From positions 1 to 61,862 of the forward strand of contig JAAPAO010000150.1 of assembly GCA_013115145.1 (NCBI GenBank): a stretch of 61,862 bases of DNA, given 5' to 3'. The notes below the pieces were generated by a model. That model ran no database searches. It saw only the letters and a list, made by a program, of their open reading frames with translations, and had not been told where the DNA came from. This document shows positions 41,004 through 52,716 of the stretch, piece by piece (within the stretch, counting starts at the first letter, position 1; every line of letters starts with the position of its first letter). Both the position numbers and the translations under genes were made by a program. Origin of the DNA: Perkinsus chesapeaki ATCC PRA-425 (taxonomy: Eukaryota > Protista > Perkinsozoa).

Positions 41004-42422
41004 TATATATAGGGGATGTCACTAACTACTGACTTATAAAACCATCTTAATCCAACTCGCACTACTAGTATATAACTGTGACGACTAAACACCCAATATG
41101 GAGTTCGATGGACATAGTGGCCAGCTGTCGGCGGCTGTTCTCCAGTGACCGGAGGTGAGAGTCTGGTCTGATCTATCGCTATGTCAGCGCTCCGCTAATT
41201 AGATTAATACTGCGTACTACAAAGGCATTCACGTGGCGTCCGTTATGGCGTGTCTAGAGCTGGGAAATCTGGCCGGATACCCCAACTTGTGCGTGTTTCG
41301 GCGACATAAATGAACTATTATACAGGAGTAACCCCGAAGCTTCCCGAAACATGTGTGCTAATGGTGCCACTCTGCCTGACAGGGCCCCCTGATGATGCCC
41401 ACTGTGTGACACCCATTGTGTGTGCGCAAGGCGGAGGTGGCACTTCTTGCGCGCCACGATATATAGCGCACGTCGATAAAATCGTTTTGTTTCGGTTTCC
41501 TACCAGGTGGATCGAGCTTGTCTTGGTTAAGTGGTACCCTATCAGATTCGCGGACTACCGTCCATATATAGTTTTCCCAGCCAGTTGCCGAGAGTCTCAG
41601 TCTCCGGAATAGAACATCCATCACACGAAATAATAAAGCAGCCGTCATCTAGCCACCTCAGTCTGCGACCCGTTGAAAGATTGTAAATGCGTTGGAGTAA
41701 CAGTAGAGGGACGTCGAACTGCCATTTCTAGGAATAATTTATGTTAGCGTTTAAATCCCTGACGACATGCTGTATGATCTGCACCCTGACAAAATGTGTA
41801 CCATGACGAAATCCGTTACACTAGATTCACGTAAGTTGCCGTGTCAGTTCGAAGTAGTTCTTCCCGAGTTAAATGCCATCAAAGTTGAAATCGCTACAGG
41901 AAGCGCGGTTCCGCAGTGCCCAAATTCACAATCGAGTCAAAGGCATAACAGATAAAATGCAAGAGCACGTTGGGAAGGGTAGAGAACAGCGACGGAAGGC
42001 CAAATGGCTCGAAACAGCAAGGTGATGCCACAGATCGAGTCTGTAGTACAGACACTATATGGCACTCTGGGTGCGTAAGCGTCGTTGGCGAGGCCCGCGT
42101 TACACGTCATAGTAACCGGAGGCCCATGTGGAGCCCCAGCCTGCCGGGCCTGTCGAAACGGTTTCCAACGGGGCTACTTTAGCGACAAAGCAAACGAGGA
42201 AGCGTGTGAAAAACCTTGGAACGATGGGAAGTTTCCGCAAAAAGCTGAAGCCAAAATCTAGTTATGAAATCTGAGCGAGATCGCGCGAGTGTGAGAAGGT
42301 TAGAAGGTTAATGAATCAACAAAGATAGTTCGCATGGAATTCAACAGCTCCGGAGTCACCCTTTAAGACCAAATCAACGCCAGAGTTTCAGACAATATTT
42401 ACATGTGGAGCATAGCCTCGGG

Positions 42423-43901
42423 ATGGAACTCGAAGCCGCGGTCGAGGCTTTGTCACTGTATGACCCAGAAATACGGAAAATATACGAGCAGATGCGACAG
42501 GATGTAGAGAAGTTCAGAGAGGACACGCTGTCACCGGTAGGGGTGGCCCGTCCACGCAGTCTAAGTCTGGGAATGTTAGCTTTCTCTCGAGAATGTGACA
42601 GAAGACCGCTGTAGGTGCTGGCGTGTCATAAGATCCTCAGAGATGTCCCGCACAGTCCCAGCGAACTCGCTGAATTCGCAACATTCTTAGACAAGGCGCA
42701 GAAAGAGCTGGGAAGCCAACCAATGGCGAATATGCAGGAAGACAGAGAGAGCATCAGAGTCGCTGCTAGGATAGTTGCCAGTGTTTGCACTAAGCCAGCC
42801 TGCATGAAGGACGTTGAGAATCTGTCGGAAGAAGAGGAAGAGCTCTTAGATGAGGCCAGCCATCACTTGCGACCGCCGCAAGTGATTTTGGCTTATCATA
42901 AGAGACTCGAAGACATCAACGGGAAGTGCTGCGCACAACTAATCAAATCCACTGAAGAAATCGATGATGAAAAGGCGGCGATGATGAAAGCCTTTCCGAA
43001 TGTTAAGGGTCAGCTGGGTATATGTCATGGAATGCTTGCAACTTCACCTGAGTTACTCTTCCCAGAGCTGTCGGAAGCGGAAGTGTCCGCGATAGTTCGG
43101 GCAGGTGAACATATTCGTCTCCTAAATAGGAGGAGACGTACCATCTTTCGAAGGTGGCGCGAAGAGCGGCTTGAGGCACTACACGCTACACGAAGGCAGT
43201 ACCATTTGTGGGCCAGAGAGGAAGCAGAGAGCGTGAGGAAGATAGAACAGAAGGCATGTGCTTTGGCGAAGGCGCAGATCTTGCGAGAGAGGCTAGATGA
43301 CGCTCTTGCTGATAAACGCGCCCGTGAGGCTGGAATGAGGCTGGAGCTCGAGGAACTTGCTCAAGTGGAAGCGGCAAGGGAGAAAGCTGAGATGGCGAAG
43401 AGGAGTCAGTATGAAGCGGTCTTGAGAGCGAAGGTGGAGACGCATCGGAAAGTCAAAGCTGAACTGGAGCAAATAAGAGTGAAGGAGGAGGCGGCTGCGA
43501 GGCGAGCCGAGAAAGAACGCAAACGCCGCAATCGTCCACTCTTGGCCGCTCGTGTCGCATACCGCGAAAAACTAGCCGCCATACAAGCAGAGGAGCGGCA
43601 GTTCTGTAGGGAAGTTGCTCAGCTCGAAGTCGAAGAGAGAAAGCTCCGAATACAACGAGCCATTGAGAAGTTCTGTGTGAGAGCCGAGGCTGACGAATCT
43701 CGGCTTACTGCTGTACCGCCGCACAAAAACACAGAGGGCGAACACCCGTTGCCCAGAGAGATCTTCGAGCGATACGGTTACGGCGTTGACGACCTCGAAA
43801 AGGATCCGAGATATCGTCTTCAGGCCGCCCTGTTTGATGCTGGTCTCTTCATGTCGAAGAGTGGGCATAATGCCATGATAAGTATGATCCCTGAAGCATA
43901 G
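42423..43901 (+). CDS. CCDC148: Coiled-coil protein, CCDC148-like (one apparent intron)
   Basis: 428-codon ORF, E/R/K-rich coiled coil, C-terminal DPRYRLQAALFDAGL. Confidence 0.65.
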
Positions 43902-43959
43902 CAGTTTCTACGAACATACCTTGCGTTGGAGAGAGTCTTAAACGTTTTGCATCAAAGAC

Positions 43960-44300
43960 TCTCTGAACCAAACATAGGGAGGTTTCCATCACGTCCAAGG
44001 CAGTGCCTTGGAGGCACCGCTGGAGATAGAATATCAGTCTATATTGGAGTTTATGGCAGCTCTTTTTCACTCAGACCACTACGCGGGGATACCCTTCAGG
44101 TCGGATAATATAACCTTCAAGGTCATATTAGCCGGCAATGGCCCTTGCTCGAAAGATGAGTGCACGGGGGAGGTTGTGACCGAGGGGACCTCATGCCTCT
44201 TGAGCACACCATTGAAACAACGACTCCTTACTAATGAAGCACTGGCAGTACAGTACTGCCGGTACTGCACCGCACAACCAAGAACCCGGGGCGCACGCAC
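43960..44300 (-). pseudogene. Decayed fragment of the secreted multigene family
   Basis: KRHEVPSVTTSPVHSSFEQGPLPAN is homologous to 45160-45290 and 48430-48510; frames are broken. Confidence 0.55.
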
Positions 44301-44320
44301 TGTGCGTGCTGATCACTGGA

Positions 44321-44477
44321 CCCGTTGCCCAGAGAGATCTTCAGGCGAGACGGTTATGCCGTTGCCGATCTCGAAAAAGATCCAAGATATCGTCTACAGG
44401 CGGCGTTATTTGATGCCGGTCTCTTCACTCCGAAGAGTGGGCATAGTGCCATGATAACTACGATTACTAAAGCGTAG
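44321..44477 (+). pseudogene. Duplicated 3' end of the CCDC148-like gene
   Basis: Clear nucleotide similarity to 43745-43901. Similarity continues past the stop (gcagtttctacgaacataccttgcg) to about 44530. Confidence 0.85.
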
Positions 44478-44949
44478 CAGTTTCTACGAACATACCTTGC
44501 GCTGGAGAGAGTCATAAAAGCTGTGCATCTCTTATGGTGAATGGAACATGCCGGTGCTAGGCACCGTTGGCGATAAAACAAACAAAATATGCAGTTCCGA
44601 GTTCATGCGAGATCTTTTTTGACTTATATCACTACATGGGGACACCCTTCGGGCTCGAAAGATTCATAGCGAATCTCAATTACTGTATCTCGTGTATGAG
44701 CTAGTTCCTAGTTGAACGGAGCTACGCATTGTAAAGATGAGCCACAAAGAGAGCAAAAAACCGTCACAGTATAAAACAGTGAACGATGTAATGAGCATGA
44801 AACACTGCTTACATCGACCAACTTCCACTCAATGTAAAGTTGACGACGATTGTGCAAAATGCTCAGGCTGAAAAGATGAAGGCATAACGGACATGACATG
44901 GTGCTCAAATGAAATAACTCGAATGAGGGCATGCATAAGTACTGAAGTT

Positions 44950-45465
44950 CAGTCACTGAACGTTGCAGGAAACTTCGAAGGGTAATTGGAGAATAATGTC
45001 GAGGGTTTCGTCGGCGATTTCCTTCACACTGTACTGAGTGTTGAGAACAATGGCCGCACGACTATTGTATTTCAATTTACTCTAGAGGACCTGAGTGCTT
45101 TGGCGGATAATGAAGTAAGCGATGTATGACGGCTAATCTGGCCCGGGCTAGTCTCCCGGTCGACTAAAGGTCATATTAACCGGCAATGGCCCTTGTATGG
45201 AAGATGAATGTACCGGGACAGTCGTGACCAAAGGTACCCCACGCCTCTTGAACACACCACTCCTTACAGACCTAGCGGATACATAAGACTCATTCTTCAG
45301 TGCCAGATCGATGGTTCTCGCTCTTGTATTGTATCCCGATTGCATATGCGATTGACTTGGACCACAGACGCACGACCTAGCCCAAGGTGGTATCTTCCTG
45401 GGGATAGTGATTCTCCCGTGTACGATACCAGTGATAGCGAAGAATGGTAACATGGTGGTTAACAA
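44950..45465 (-). pseudogene. Frameshifted secreted-family gene
   Basis: Signal peptide MLPFFAITGIVHG, but the PGRY motif falls in another frame. The 3' part QYSVKEIADETLDI is homologous to EYTAKETADGTYDI at about 48270. Confidence 0.6.
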
Positions 45466-45862
45466 CTCTTAACTGCGACCCACGGTAAGACAACTAGTGT
45501 AATGCTTAGGCCCGCTGCAGTCCACCGCAGTCTGCATTTACTTTCTGTCACGCACGGTCAGACAGTGACATCAGGTTGTCTGCCTGAAGTAGACGGTCGC
45601 AGCAGACGTCACACATAACTCTTCGGCCCCAACTGGTACCAAACATCTAATCATCAATCTACAACTTTTCAGGCATCGTCGATAGAAATTGCAACTTCTG
45701 TAGTAGACCGATTAACCTTTGCGACGGCGCAAGTTGGGACTTTTACTTAGACATCTAGTCGCTTTGATAAACCGCCGTGTAGATCGACCAACCGATGCGA
45801 CGTCGGAACTTGAGACTTTTATTGCAGTGAACAGCACCGCTACGCGGCTCTTTGTTATCATA

Positions 45863-46257
45863 ATGCTCGTTATTCTAGTATTAGCCATAACGAATAATTG
45901 GTGCATGGGAGCAGAAGGTCCAGAGGGTTTCTATAATCGCGAATTCCCTGGCCCGCCGGTGCAGTGTGTGCTGATAACTCAGTGGAGGCAAGGCGAACCT
46001 GCCTCTATCGAACACCTGATGAGTGCGCTACTTTGCCTGCGGTATTACCACCACCCCTGAGAATCCATCCATTGCTGTACTCGTACTCCATAGACCCCAG
46101 TAGCAATGCTGATCACCGGAATTCCGTTATTCATATCAACATCTTTTTCGGAATTCATGCCGAAGGAGGTCTGCATGAGTTCACGTAAGATGAGAATGAT
46201 AATACTCTAACTTCAAGCGTCCTCAACGAAACTGTAGTTATGACGCATTTGAAATAA
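45863..46257 (+). pseudogene. Secreted-family gene with a frame change and an in-frame TAA (46186)
   Basis: MLVILVLAIT..PEGFY..GPPV. The C-terminal half aligns with the 58892-59150 paralog, and the TAA replaces the Tyr of F-S/T-Y. Confidence 0.65.
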
Positions 46258-46775
46258 CATTACGGTTTGAGGCGATGGAGTTCATCAGAGGAACTAAGCT
46301 CTACTTGTGTTAAAAAGGGCCCTTCTGTTGTCATTCGTTTGGTGGAAGGTGCGGTGTGAGACGCCTAATTATCCGGTCGATTCTTTCATACCTATTACAT
46401 GAGAGCTGTTGTTATTTATCTTACCCTCTGTCTGGTAGAGTATTCCAATGCTGGGCAGATGAGCTGCGCAGATTTGCTCTTCAAGACTATGTGGGTTGCC
46501 GAGCAATCCACCCCGGTTAGTCCTTGCCTCTATTGTATTAACTTTAACCGCCTTTTTAAACACTCCCGGTAGTTGCACATAGATGGATAGTCTAGCTAAG
46601 CCTTTTTTGGAGTTGGCCTATAAACTCACACACACATGCCACCTTTCCTAGTGCGAGCTAGCTATCCTATAACACCATCGTTTGACATCGAATTGTTCAA
46701 CCACCAGTTTCATAACAAATATATCATGGAAACAAGAACTCGTCTACCCGGCGACTTCAATTCGAAGGCCTATTT

Positions 46776-46891
46776 TTTTCAACGAGCTTCATCTGAGCCG
46801 TTGAGAAGACAGGGCTTACGAACAGGGTATCGATAGCACCCACCTTGTGATACTCATCAGTACCATGACCGTTGAGAGTGCCAGGCACGTA
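46776..46891 (-). repeat. 116-nt copy of an internal segment of the CD36-like gene (50981-51096)
   Basis: Identical to 50981-51096 except for one base. Confidence 0.95.
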
Positions 46892-46959
46892 GTTAGAGAA
46901 GCCAAGAGTAGTTATGATGGCAGAGATTCCTCATTGAGGAAGGCGAAGGCGAAGACCTG

Positions 46960-47692
46960 TACTCTGCCGAAGGCGCAGGCCTTGTGTGAGAGGATAGATG
47001 ACGCCCTTACTGATAGGCGTACTCGGGAGGCTGGACGGAGCCTGGAGCTCGAACGGGAGATCGCGTGCTCGAGATTGCTCAAACGGGAGTGGCAAAAGAG
47101 GGAGGTGAGATGGCGAAGAGGAGCCAGTAATACTAGCTCCTCTGACCCAGTATGGAGCGGTCTTGAAAGCCAGGTGAAGAAGCATCGAAAAGCCAATGCT
47201 GAACTGGAGCAAATAAGAGCGGAGGCGGAGGCGGTTGATAGACGAACCGAGGACGAGGTTCTTCATAAGATCGCACACGCCGCAACTACCCACTATTGGC
47301 CGCTGATGTGGCCCACCGCGAAAGACTAACCGTCATACAAGTAGAAGAGGGGCAATTCTCTAGGGGGATTGCCCCCTCGAAGTCGAAGAAAACAAAGCGT
47401 GAATTCAACGGGCAATTGAGAAGTTATCTGTGATGGCCCATCCTGACGAATCTCGGATCACTGCCATACCGTAACGTCCCATGCCGACGAATCTCGGCTC
47501 ACTGCCATACCATCACGTGAAAACACAGACGATGAGTGCCCGCTGCCCAAATAGATTTTCAGGCGTCATGGCTACGGCGTTGATGACCTTGAGAAAGATC
47601 CAAGAAATCGTCTGCAGGCGTTATTCGACGCCAGGTTATTCACACAAAAAAGTGGACATAATATCATGATCAGCATGACTCCGAAAACGTAG
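46960..47692 (+). pseudogene. Decayed copy of the 3' half of the CCDC148-like gene
   Basis: Homologous to about 43260-43901, with indels, stops and an internal duplication (gacgaatctcgg.tcactgccatacc x2). Confidence 0.85.
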
Positions 47693-48109
47693 CAGTACGA
47701 GAAGACCTCACATTCTTGGGGTCATGGGTGAACAAGCTGATACGAATGCCTAGGATTCTCCCCTAGGACTTTAGCAGGCACGGATATGATGTTCTATTTT
47801 CAGCAAACATCTGCGAACAAATCATGTTGATGATGCTAGGCACCGCTAGTAGCGGTCGGCTACAGAAGTAATCCCCCGCTGACTTGTAACACAACAGCTT
47901 TGGCTCCAACGACGAATAGCTACCCCGGATGTTCTTCTACGCGGGCTAAGTCCGAAGTCAGTATATAGAGTCAGGCTTCGGAAAACGGCCAGCTCGATGC
48001 AAAGCTGGCGATTCCGGAAAATACACTCCCAAGCTGATGACCTAAGGAATGATGGGTAAGCAGCTTACCGTAAGCTATTATTGACCGTGCTGTTCAATAA
48101 ATAGTTTTA

Positions 48110-48859
48110 TCAAAAAATGGTGCATTGTGTGCTGAAAACTGCTCGATGTCCTCCTTCACTGGTCATTCCCAACGACTCGGTCTTCGTATCGTACTGATAT
48201 CTGAAGTTGGTCTTGGCATAAGGAAACTTCGAAGGAGAGGAAAAAGGGGCTACAATATCGTAAGTTCCGTCGGCAGTCTCTTTTGCGGTGTATTCCATGC
48301 TGAAATATATCCTCGCAACATCATTATAGTACACCATACTGTGGAAGACCTGATGACTCGGGCAGATAGTTAAGAAATCAAACTTAGACCTCTGCTTGGA
48401 CTGTTCCTCGCACCGGTGGGGACTCCTATTGAACGGCATTGGCCATTACTCGAAAGGCGGGAGGACCGGGGCAAACGTGGACAAGAAGACCTCGTGTCCC
48501 TTGGACATACTATTCCTTACAGACTTAGAGGGTACATGGTGCTCACCCTTCGGAACAAGAACAATCGTATTTGATGTTGCATTATAATGCAATTGCCAGA
48601 GGTGACGACAGAACGGGAATGTTTCAGCATCATTAGGGAAACTGTTGGTGTCTAAGGAAATCAAGCCTGTCTTCTCGTTGACATGGTAAGGTATATCCTC
48701 GAAAGTGATAACCATCTTGTTGTTCTGATTTAAGAAACCATTCAGAGTCTCGCCGGGATTGATTCGGACAAAATTCATAAACGATGGCCCAAAGAAGTAT
48801 TCCCCTTCGGGGATAACAATCTTTCCACATAGGACGGCAATAGCGAGGGAACGTAACAT
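48110..48859 (-). pseudogene. Two-domain secreted-family gene with an in-frame TAA at 48446-48448 (pseudogene or tiny intron)
   Basis: MLRSLAIAVLCGKIVIPEGEYF; ORFs 48446-48946 and 48110-48439 are in the same frame, separated by one stop. Confidence 0.6.
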
Positions 48860-49390
48860 CACAAAACGTAGCTTCCGAACTACAAAGAAAAATAGCAAGC
48901 GTCTTGTACTGCACTTGCGGAACTTCCACCGCAGTTTAACGTTCACATTCTAACTTTCTGCATTCTGTCCACCTATCCTGTGTCGATCTCGGTGACCGCG
49001 GGTTACCGGCCCGTGACGTAAAAAGACGGTCACAACACCTGTCACAGCCGAGGTCAAGCGTTGGCACAAAAGGGCGTGAGTGCTTAGAATAGCAGGCAGA
49101 AAAACGCTCTTCATCTTGTTGTCATCCGTCTCTTTCCGAACCCTGACGATTACCGTTGAATAGAATGTCAAATTGCCAGCTCATATCGACTAACCAATAA
49201 ATTGTCGCAGCTCGCGATTCCCTGCCCATACATCTTTTCGAGCTGATCTCCCGAGATCTCTTCGAGATGATCTATCTATCATATCAAGAGACAGCTTATC
49301 AAAGGGTCTTGGTAGGCACTTGAGCCTTCCCGATACTTAGTTGACTGTGACTTAGCCGGATGTCGTGGGTAGTGGGTGATCGAGATCGGT

Positions 49391-49663
49391 GCTCTAGGGT
49401 TTGACTACTCTGGTCTCGGCTTTATTTAATTGCTTTGGGGTTTGACTACTCTGGTCTCGGCTTTATTTAATTGCTCTGGGGTTTGACTATTTTGGTCTCG
49501 GGCTTTATTTAATTGCTCTGGGGTTTGACTATTTTGGTCTCGGCTTTATTTAATTGCTCTGGGGTTTGACTATTTTGGTCTCGGCTTTATTTAATTGCTC
49601 TAGGGTTTGACTACTCTGGTCTCGGCTTTATTTAATTGCTCTGGGGTTTAACTATTTTGGTCT
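49391..49663. repeat. 41-bp minisatellite, about 6.6 copies
   Basis: Unit gctctRgggtttgactaYtYtggtctcggctttatttaatt, head-to-tail with no spacers. Confidence 0.95.
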
Positions 49664-50301
49664 GGAAATGGTGTAGTATTCAAAATCTCGATTCCTATTC
49701 ATACATCTGCCCTCCGGGAGGTAACATATAACATCCGAGCTACAATAGCAATGATGAGAGTGAAATATCCTGCATAGACCAAAAATATATTCCAGCTGGC
49801 CTATGTTGTATTCCACCCCCGTGATACGCCGTGTGATCGTGGCATCCGGTGAACGGTCACCGTAGTCACTGTGTCGCAGGTTTGCCGGCAAAAACAGAGA
49901 TTGAACGCTAGCTATGAAGAGTAGCCTTTATGCTAATAAGGGCCAATAGCGACAACGGTGAGCCAAGCTACTCATATACAAACGTGAACCACTCCCCAAC
50001 TACAGGAACACAACAACATAAAGCCAGAGGATCACGAGGAACAAATTTAGTACCCAAACGCGTCGCGGGTGTTAGTCCCACTAATAGAGAACGTAATCAA
50101 ACAAGTAGCAGTGTGGATTTAAACAGCCATAATGAGATTCTTATGTCTCGAAGGCCGATTAATAAATAATTCACGCTCATCAGTATTTCACTAATGCAAA
50201 GTTAGGGAGGAGTAGACAAATGGATATTGTGCAACAGGATAACAACAATGTTGACGTGACAAGGCTTCAAAAAGCAAAAAACCAAAACAACGAGATCAAC
50301 T

Positions 50302-52716
50302 TTACAGCGACTCGGTTACTGCAGAAGGCACCTTCTGTAAAGCAACAGCCTCGGCCTTGAGAGCGCGACGACGCTTCCAGCCGAAGAAGAAGAGGATACC
50401 CGCACAGATGAGCATGAGAATACCGAAGGCGATTCCCAACCACATGACCAGCTCGAACAAACCAGGCGCTGCCTGGAGCTGCTTGATAGAATCCACTTGG
50501 TAGGGGTAGGCCATCTGATGTTCATCAACCCACACAGCTGGGATCAGAACCTCATCACCCAACTTGCCAGTCTCAGTGTTAGCACCAGCAGGCATCATGA
50601 CGTTCATCTGAAGTTTCAAAGCACCCTTAAGCAAAGCGCCGGTGATAGGCTCGGTCCACATCTCGCAGTTGAAGTCCCTCTCAGAGTCATCGCACTCTTC
50701 AGAGCCAGAACAGCTACGAGTCTCAACACGATCACCGGGATACCAGTTCTGTACAGAAGAGGAACCATCTACCTTCTGGAAGTGGGGTAATGAAGCGTAC
50801 ACCGGAGTGCGAACCAGGTTAGGCATTGGAGAACTGAAGGTTCCCAAGTTGAGAGTAAGGTACGGGGAATCGCAGTCGATACCAGGGCTACCACTCTCAG
50901 AACCGTCACAATTCTCATTTCTGAATGACAAATCGGCAAGTGACCAAATGTCAACATTAGCACCGTCAAAGTCGTAGTCCTTTTCAACGAGCTTCATCTG
51001 AGCCGTTGAGAAGACAGGGCTTACGAACAGGGTATCGATAGCACCAACCTTGTGATACTCATCAGTACCATGACCGTTGAGAGTGCCAGGCACGTACTTA
51101 ATATCGAAGCCAGAAGCGTAATTAGGGTGACACTTGTCATCTGGAGTGCAGGTACCATTCTCCTTGAACTGATCTTGGGCCATACAGTCGGGATCGAAGA
51201 CGCAGTTGTACTCCATCCCATTGGACATCTTGAAGTAGTTCAAGCCCTTCCAGTCCTCGATATAGCTAGCCCTGTATTGCTCTGTTACGGGGTTCACAGT
51301 AGAGGCCAAAGCCATAGTCAAGGGCATACCAGTGACCTTGTCGACCTTTGACTGATCCTGGAAACCAAGAAGCTCACCAACAGTTAGCTTAATGAACCTC
51401 GGATAGTAATCGTAATCCGAATCATAGTTAGACGATGAGGGATCAGTTATAGGCAAGAGAGAGTATCTAAGCCAAGGTAGATTGTACACTGCATAAGAAC
51501 CAGCATACTGCATTTGCTTCAAGAAAGCCTTGAGTTCACTGGGCTTAACCATCATCTTCACCTGCAACAAAGCAGTCAATACCGAGGTCGTGCTGGAAAC
51601 GTCGGTGGAGTACACAAGGTTCCACAAGGCAGACTTAGCACCGGTCGAAAAGGTAGAGTCAATAGTCTCGGCCAAAGACTGGTCGTCGGCATTACTCGAG
51701 TCAATACGGCAACTGCCAGTAGACTTATCCTGCTTTGCGGGACATCCAAAGGCATAACCGAAATAGTCGCTACCCATGCTAGTAGGTAACACCAAGTCGG
51801 ACCTATTGCCGAACAACCCAGAGAAAGGCTGAAGAGATAATTCACCAGCATCATCATTGGCAGCTCCCAAAGCCTTGGCGAGGCCACCTTCAAAGTATTG
51901 AGCCTTTATAGCACTGACAGGTGTCTTGTACTGCTTCTCGATAGCCTGTCTGGTGGACTCGGTGAGATTGCCATAGCCATCGACGAAGTTGTTAGCCATG
52001 ACGTGATAAGCAGCAATGCCGCCAACAGTCTCAATCATCTCAATGGGGTTGAGGAAAAGGTCGGCTACGTCAAGATTACTAAGAAGAGCAAAGTTGCCAA
52101 CGGTGACCTTGCGGTTCATGAGATCGGTCTCGTCATCCTTGAAGAACACGTACTCGTCCTTCTCCTGCCAGTGAGCGATACCTTCGTTGTCCCACAGATC
52201 AGTATCAACCGAAGACTCATTCTTGGTGACACTCATAGCAGTATGGACAGGAGTAAGCTCCTGCACGATTGGTTTGGCCCCTCTCAGAACTTCATCAGGA
52301 TTGGTCAAGTTGTAGGCGTAGTAGTCATACTGCATACCCTTTTGGCACATATCCTTCGAACAGTCAGGGCTTGAAGCATCACACCAGGCAGAGTTGAGAG
52401 CAACGGCACTAGAAGTAGGAGCCTGATCGCTCATGCAGGTGTTGTAGAGATCATTGGAGCTCATAAGCCAAGCATCGTACGCCTTGCCACCACAGGTAGA
52501 ATCACCAGCCACCATGTTGTCACAGTCCGTTGTCTGGTATGTGTTATCAATGAACCGACCGTAGTTAATGCCGTCAATATACGCATTATAAAATGGTACC
52601 ATTGCGACTATTGAGATAACAAAGCCGACAATAGCAAACACTGCGGCGACCGCGGATAGAATAAAGTAGACCAACGGTTTGCACTGACAGCAACTCCCTT
52701 TGTTGTTTACTGCCAT
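50302..52716 (-). CDS. CD36 / scavenger receptor class B (LIMP-II-like) protein, intronless, two TM segments
   Basis: N-terminal TM; YYAYNLTNPDEVLRGAKPIVQEL; YASLPHFQ; EPITGALLKGALKLQMNV; IPAVWVDE; C-terminal TM. Confidence 0.85.
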   Translation of the reverse strand: MAVNNKGSCCQCKPLVYFILSAVAAVFAIVGFVISIVAMVPFYNAYIDGINYGRFIDNTYQTTDCDNMVAGDSTCGGKAYDAWLMSSNDLYNTCMSDQAPTSSAVALNSAWCDASSPDCSKDMCQKGMQYDYYAYNLTNPDEVLRGAKPIVQELTPVHTAMSVTKNESSVDTDLWDNEGIAHWQEKDEYVFFKDDETDLMNRKVTVGNFALLSNLDVADLFLNPIEMIETVGGIAAYHVMANNFVDGYGNLTESTRQAIEKQYKTPVSAIKAQYFEGGLAKALGAANDDAGELSLQPFSGLFGNRSDLVLPTSMGSDYFGYAFGCPAKQDKSTGSCRIDSSNADDQSLAETIDSTFSTGAKSALWNLVYSTDVSSTTSVLTALLQVKMMVKPSELKAFLKQMQYAGSYAVYNLPWLRYSLLPITDPSSSNYDSDYDYYPRFIKLTVGELLGFQDQSKVDKVTGMPLTMALASTVNPVTEQYRASYIEDWKGLNYFKMSNGMEYNCVFDPDCMAQDQFKENGTCTPDDKCHPNYASGFDIKYVPGTLNGHGTDEYHKVGAIDTLFVSPVFSTAQMKLVEKDYDFDGANVDIWSLADLSFRNENCDGSESGSPGIDCDSPYLTLNLGTFSSPMPNLVRTPVYASLPHFQKVDGSSSVQNWYPGDRVETRSCSGSEECDDSERDFNCEMWTEPITGALLKGALKLQMNVMMPAGANTETGKLGDEVLIPAVWVDEHQMAYPYQVDSIKQLQAAPGLFELVMWLGIAFGILMLICAGILFFFGWKRRRALKAEAVALQKVPSAVTESL

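Noticed and set aside
47568-47578. CCGTAGCCAT partial SL match on the minus strand
   Set aside because: It is the antisense of the GYG codons of the CCDC148 pseudocopy
49391-49663. CRISPR-like array
   Set aside because: Units are contiguous with no unique spacers, the host is a eukaryote and there are no cas genes
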